This document shows positions 62,023-64,000 of a stretch of 64,000 nt of DNA, piece by piece. Both the position numbers and the translations under genes were made by a program. A model generated the notes under the pieces. It was not told the DNA's origin. It saw only the letters and a list, made by a program, of their open reading frames with translations, and did no database searches. How positions within the stretch are numbered: the stretch's first letter is position 1; each line of letters opens with the position of its first letter. Location: contig MU058781.1 in the NCBI GenBank assembly GCA_013265495.1, positions 1,840,963 to 1,904,962 on the forward strand. The letters are read 5' to 3'. Origin of the DNA: Vicugna vicugna (lineage: Eukaryota).

Positions 62023-64000
62023 CTCGGCAGCGGGGAATTGAGCCGTTTTCCTACACTAGTTACACTGCATTAAGCACTGGCGAGTCCGTCCCTCCATCGA
62101 GCGCTGGGCTAAATGAGAGAAGCGCCCGGGCTCGGCCGCTAGTCAGTCGCAGCGCGCGGAGCTCCGGCGCAGCTACGCCCGCCAAGCCTCTGAACTCACT
62201 GTTTTTTGCTCGAGGCGGGCGGAGCGCGGGCCTCATTTGCATCCCGACTCCCCATTGGCTAGTGGGCCAAGGTAACGCGGATGCTCCGCCCACCCTTAAC
62301 TCCCGAAAACTGACAAAGAACTTGTAATGTGATCATTTCTTTTTATATTGTCAGAAAGGATGGAAAATAAAGCGGGGAACCGTCCCGAACCTTACTCCAC
62401 CCCCGCCCCCACCAAAAAAAAAAAAAAAAAAAGAAGAAAAAAGAAAAGAATAAGAAACCGGGAAAAGGAGATATATTCTTTTTAAGATTAACCTAAGTTT
62501 TAAAGAAATCGAATTCACAAAGCAGTCTGACAGTCGCGCTTCCTGTGACCTGGCAACTCCTTCATAAACCCATTTCATTTCAAAGCCATTCACCTCACAA
62601 TCTCTACATGAAACGAACTCGGGGAACAAAAGGTTTTCTGTCTCCGGGTCCCTTTTTACTAACTACCCCTGCTGATATCTCTCTCTCTCTTTCTCTCCTC
62701 CCTCCCCTCCTCTTTCTTGTGGCTGTTTGCTTTTTTTGTTCTTTTCAATGTTCAAAGTACTTGCAGTGTCAGTCTGCAAAGAGCCGGAATACAATTCTCC
62801 CTTAGTGAAAAGGAACTCCCTAGCACTGGCACCAGGGATTCCCTCGCCGGCTTCTCACGAGGGCCCCACGGGGCTGTGTCTACCACATTCAGTGACCTTC
62901 TCTGGCTTTGCTGAGGATAAAGGTTAGATGTGACCTCTCGGATGGGGTGGCCAGTGCATGCCCTATATGTTATCACTGCCCACCAAGTACTGTGCTCTTT
63001 GATGGCTGGGATTTCTAGCTCCAGCTTTGAACACTGCTGTTTTTCCTTCTGACCTCTCTCCTGAAGATGACCCATTAACCCTCCAACACTTATTATCCGG
63101 GGAACAAAAAAATGCCCACTGTTTGATGAGCCTGGTTAAAAAGACCAGTCTTTTTCTAGTGAAGCACAGAACATTTGGTTCAGCCTCATGCTTTCTATAG
63201 AGAGAGCCATCACCCAGGAGAGTACAGAAATGGTCACCTTCAGTAGCTCTTCTGGGGGACAGAGCAGTGAGGGGAAAATTCCTTTTCATGGGGCCTCAGG
63301 ATTGAGACTTGGTGAGTGCAGACAATAGCTGTCCCTGAATGGGATGGACTCCAACCAGACTACATGACTTGTATGGAAAAATCAGCCCTTACATTTTTCC
63401 TGACCAAGTTGGATCAGTATCAGTTTGATTTTTCACCCGCTCCCAATTCCCAATAGGGATTAAAATTTACTTTTACGATCTAAGTAAAAAGAACAGGAGA
63501 GCAGCTGTCCTACAAAAGTGGTTTCTAGATACAAGGCTCATAGTTTAGATCATGGTTTAATGTGGCACAGATTCCCTGGACAGGCCCCCCAGGTGGTCAT
63601 AATGAGGTTGACACACTGGTTTGGGGCCTCTAGTCGGCCTCCTTCCCTCATTTATCCTTAGAGTGACAATTAACCTGAGTGATTCTGCAAGGTCTTTCTG
63701 AACACACAGTAAATACAGGACATACTGCGTTGTCTGGATCTTCCGAACAGTCCCACAGACTTATGGGAGAGTCATTAGCTTGCAGGAAATTGTTTTTGGT
63801 GTCTGCCTGGATCAGCCAAAGTCCTTCTCATCTGTAAGATGAGTCTTGTGGCCTACAGGAGATCTAGATAACATTCCTTCAGCTTCCTAAGCAGTAAAGC
63901 TGAATTTGCCTTCTGTTTTGACTGCTATTAAGGAGTGAACACTAGCTAACCCTATTTTAATGCTTTCAAACAGTTCCCCCAAGCATATACTAGGGTTTTT

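Larger units (their letters stand above)
14480..62200 (-). other. NEDD9: NEDD9 gene span (proximal-promoter transcript; both ends approximate)
   Basis: Seven coding exons join at canonical GT-AG sites into one uninterrupted 2511-nt frame (836 aa) matching NEDD9/HEF1. The 3' end is inferred from ATTAAA at 14496-14501 and the 5' end from the CpG island and core promoter motifs. Confidence 0.93.
61650..62300 (-). promoter_or_regulatory. NEDD9: CpG-island promoter and first exon of NEDD9
   Basis: Dense CpG around exon 1, with octamer ATTTGCAT at 62235-62242, NF-Y box AGCCAATGG on the minus strand (CCAAT at 62254-62258) and GC box CTCCGCCCACC at 62284-62294. No clear TATA box. Confidence 0.8.

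Noticed and set aside
1..64000. Scattered AP-1 (TGASTCA) motifs as a locus-wide enrichment
   Set aside because: About a dozen were noticed, against roughly eight expected by chance in 64 kb of uniform composition; only clustered or extended sites were kept.
1..64000. CRISPR arrays, rRNA, operons, a second protein-coding gene or an intact retroviral ORF
   Set aside because: No repeat-spacer arrays, rRNA-like sequence, gag/pol/env motifs or other spliceable conserved ORFs were seen. Small ncRNAs cannot be excluded without a covariance-model search.

Overview
Mammalian genomic DNA, probably from a camelid: two tRNA-Ala-derived Vic-1-type SINEs are present, along with artiodactyl-type L1 3' ends. 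The window holds the complete proximal-promoter form of NEDD9 (HEF1/Cas-L, a Cas-family adaptor) on the minus strand. The seven coding exons are 62011-62022, 43254-43700, 23695-23796, 23119-23220, 21094-22341, 19664-19753 and 16347-16856. All introns are GT-AG and phase 0, and the spliced CDS is 2511 nt (836 aa plus stop). The protein has an SH3 domain, 13 YxxP motifs, a serine-rich four-helix region, the YDYVHL Src-binding motif and a C-terminal FAT-like/CCH domain. There is a ~1.85 kb 3'UTR and a CpG-island promoter at ~61.65-62.3 kb. Positions 1-14 kb are repeat-rich downstream intergenic DNA, and the introns carry L1, L2, MIR, hAT-type MER elements and microsatellites. I found no convincing new biological system. 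The most notable details are a SINE+L1 chimeric insertion under one target-site duplication, a second composite L1-like insertion, a candidate intronic terminal exon, a 5'UTR uORF, UG repeats after several donors, and candidate regulatory motif clusters. Repeat family names come from remembered consensus sequences and their boundaries are approximate.
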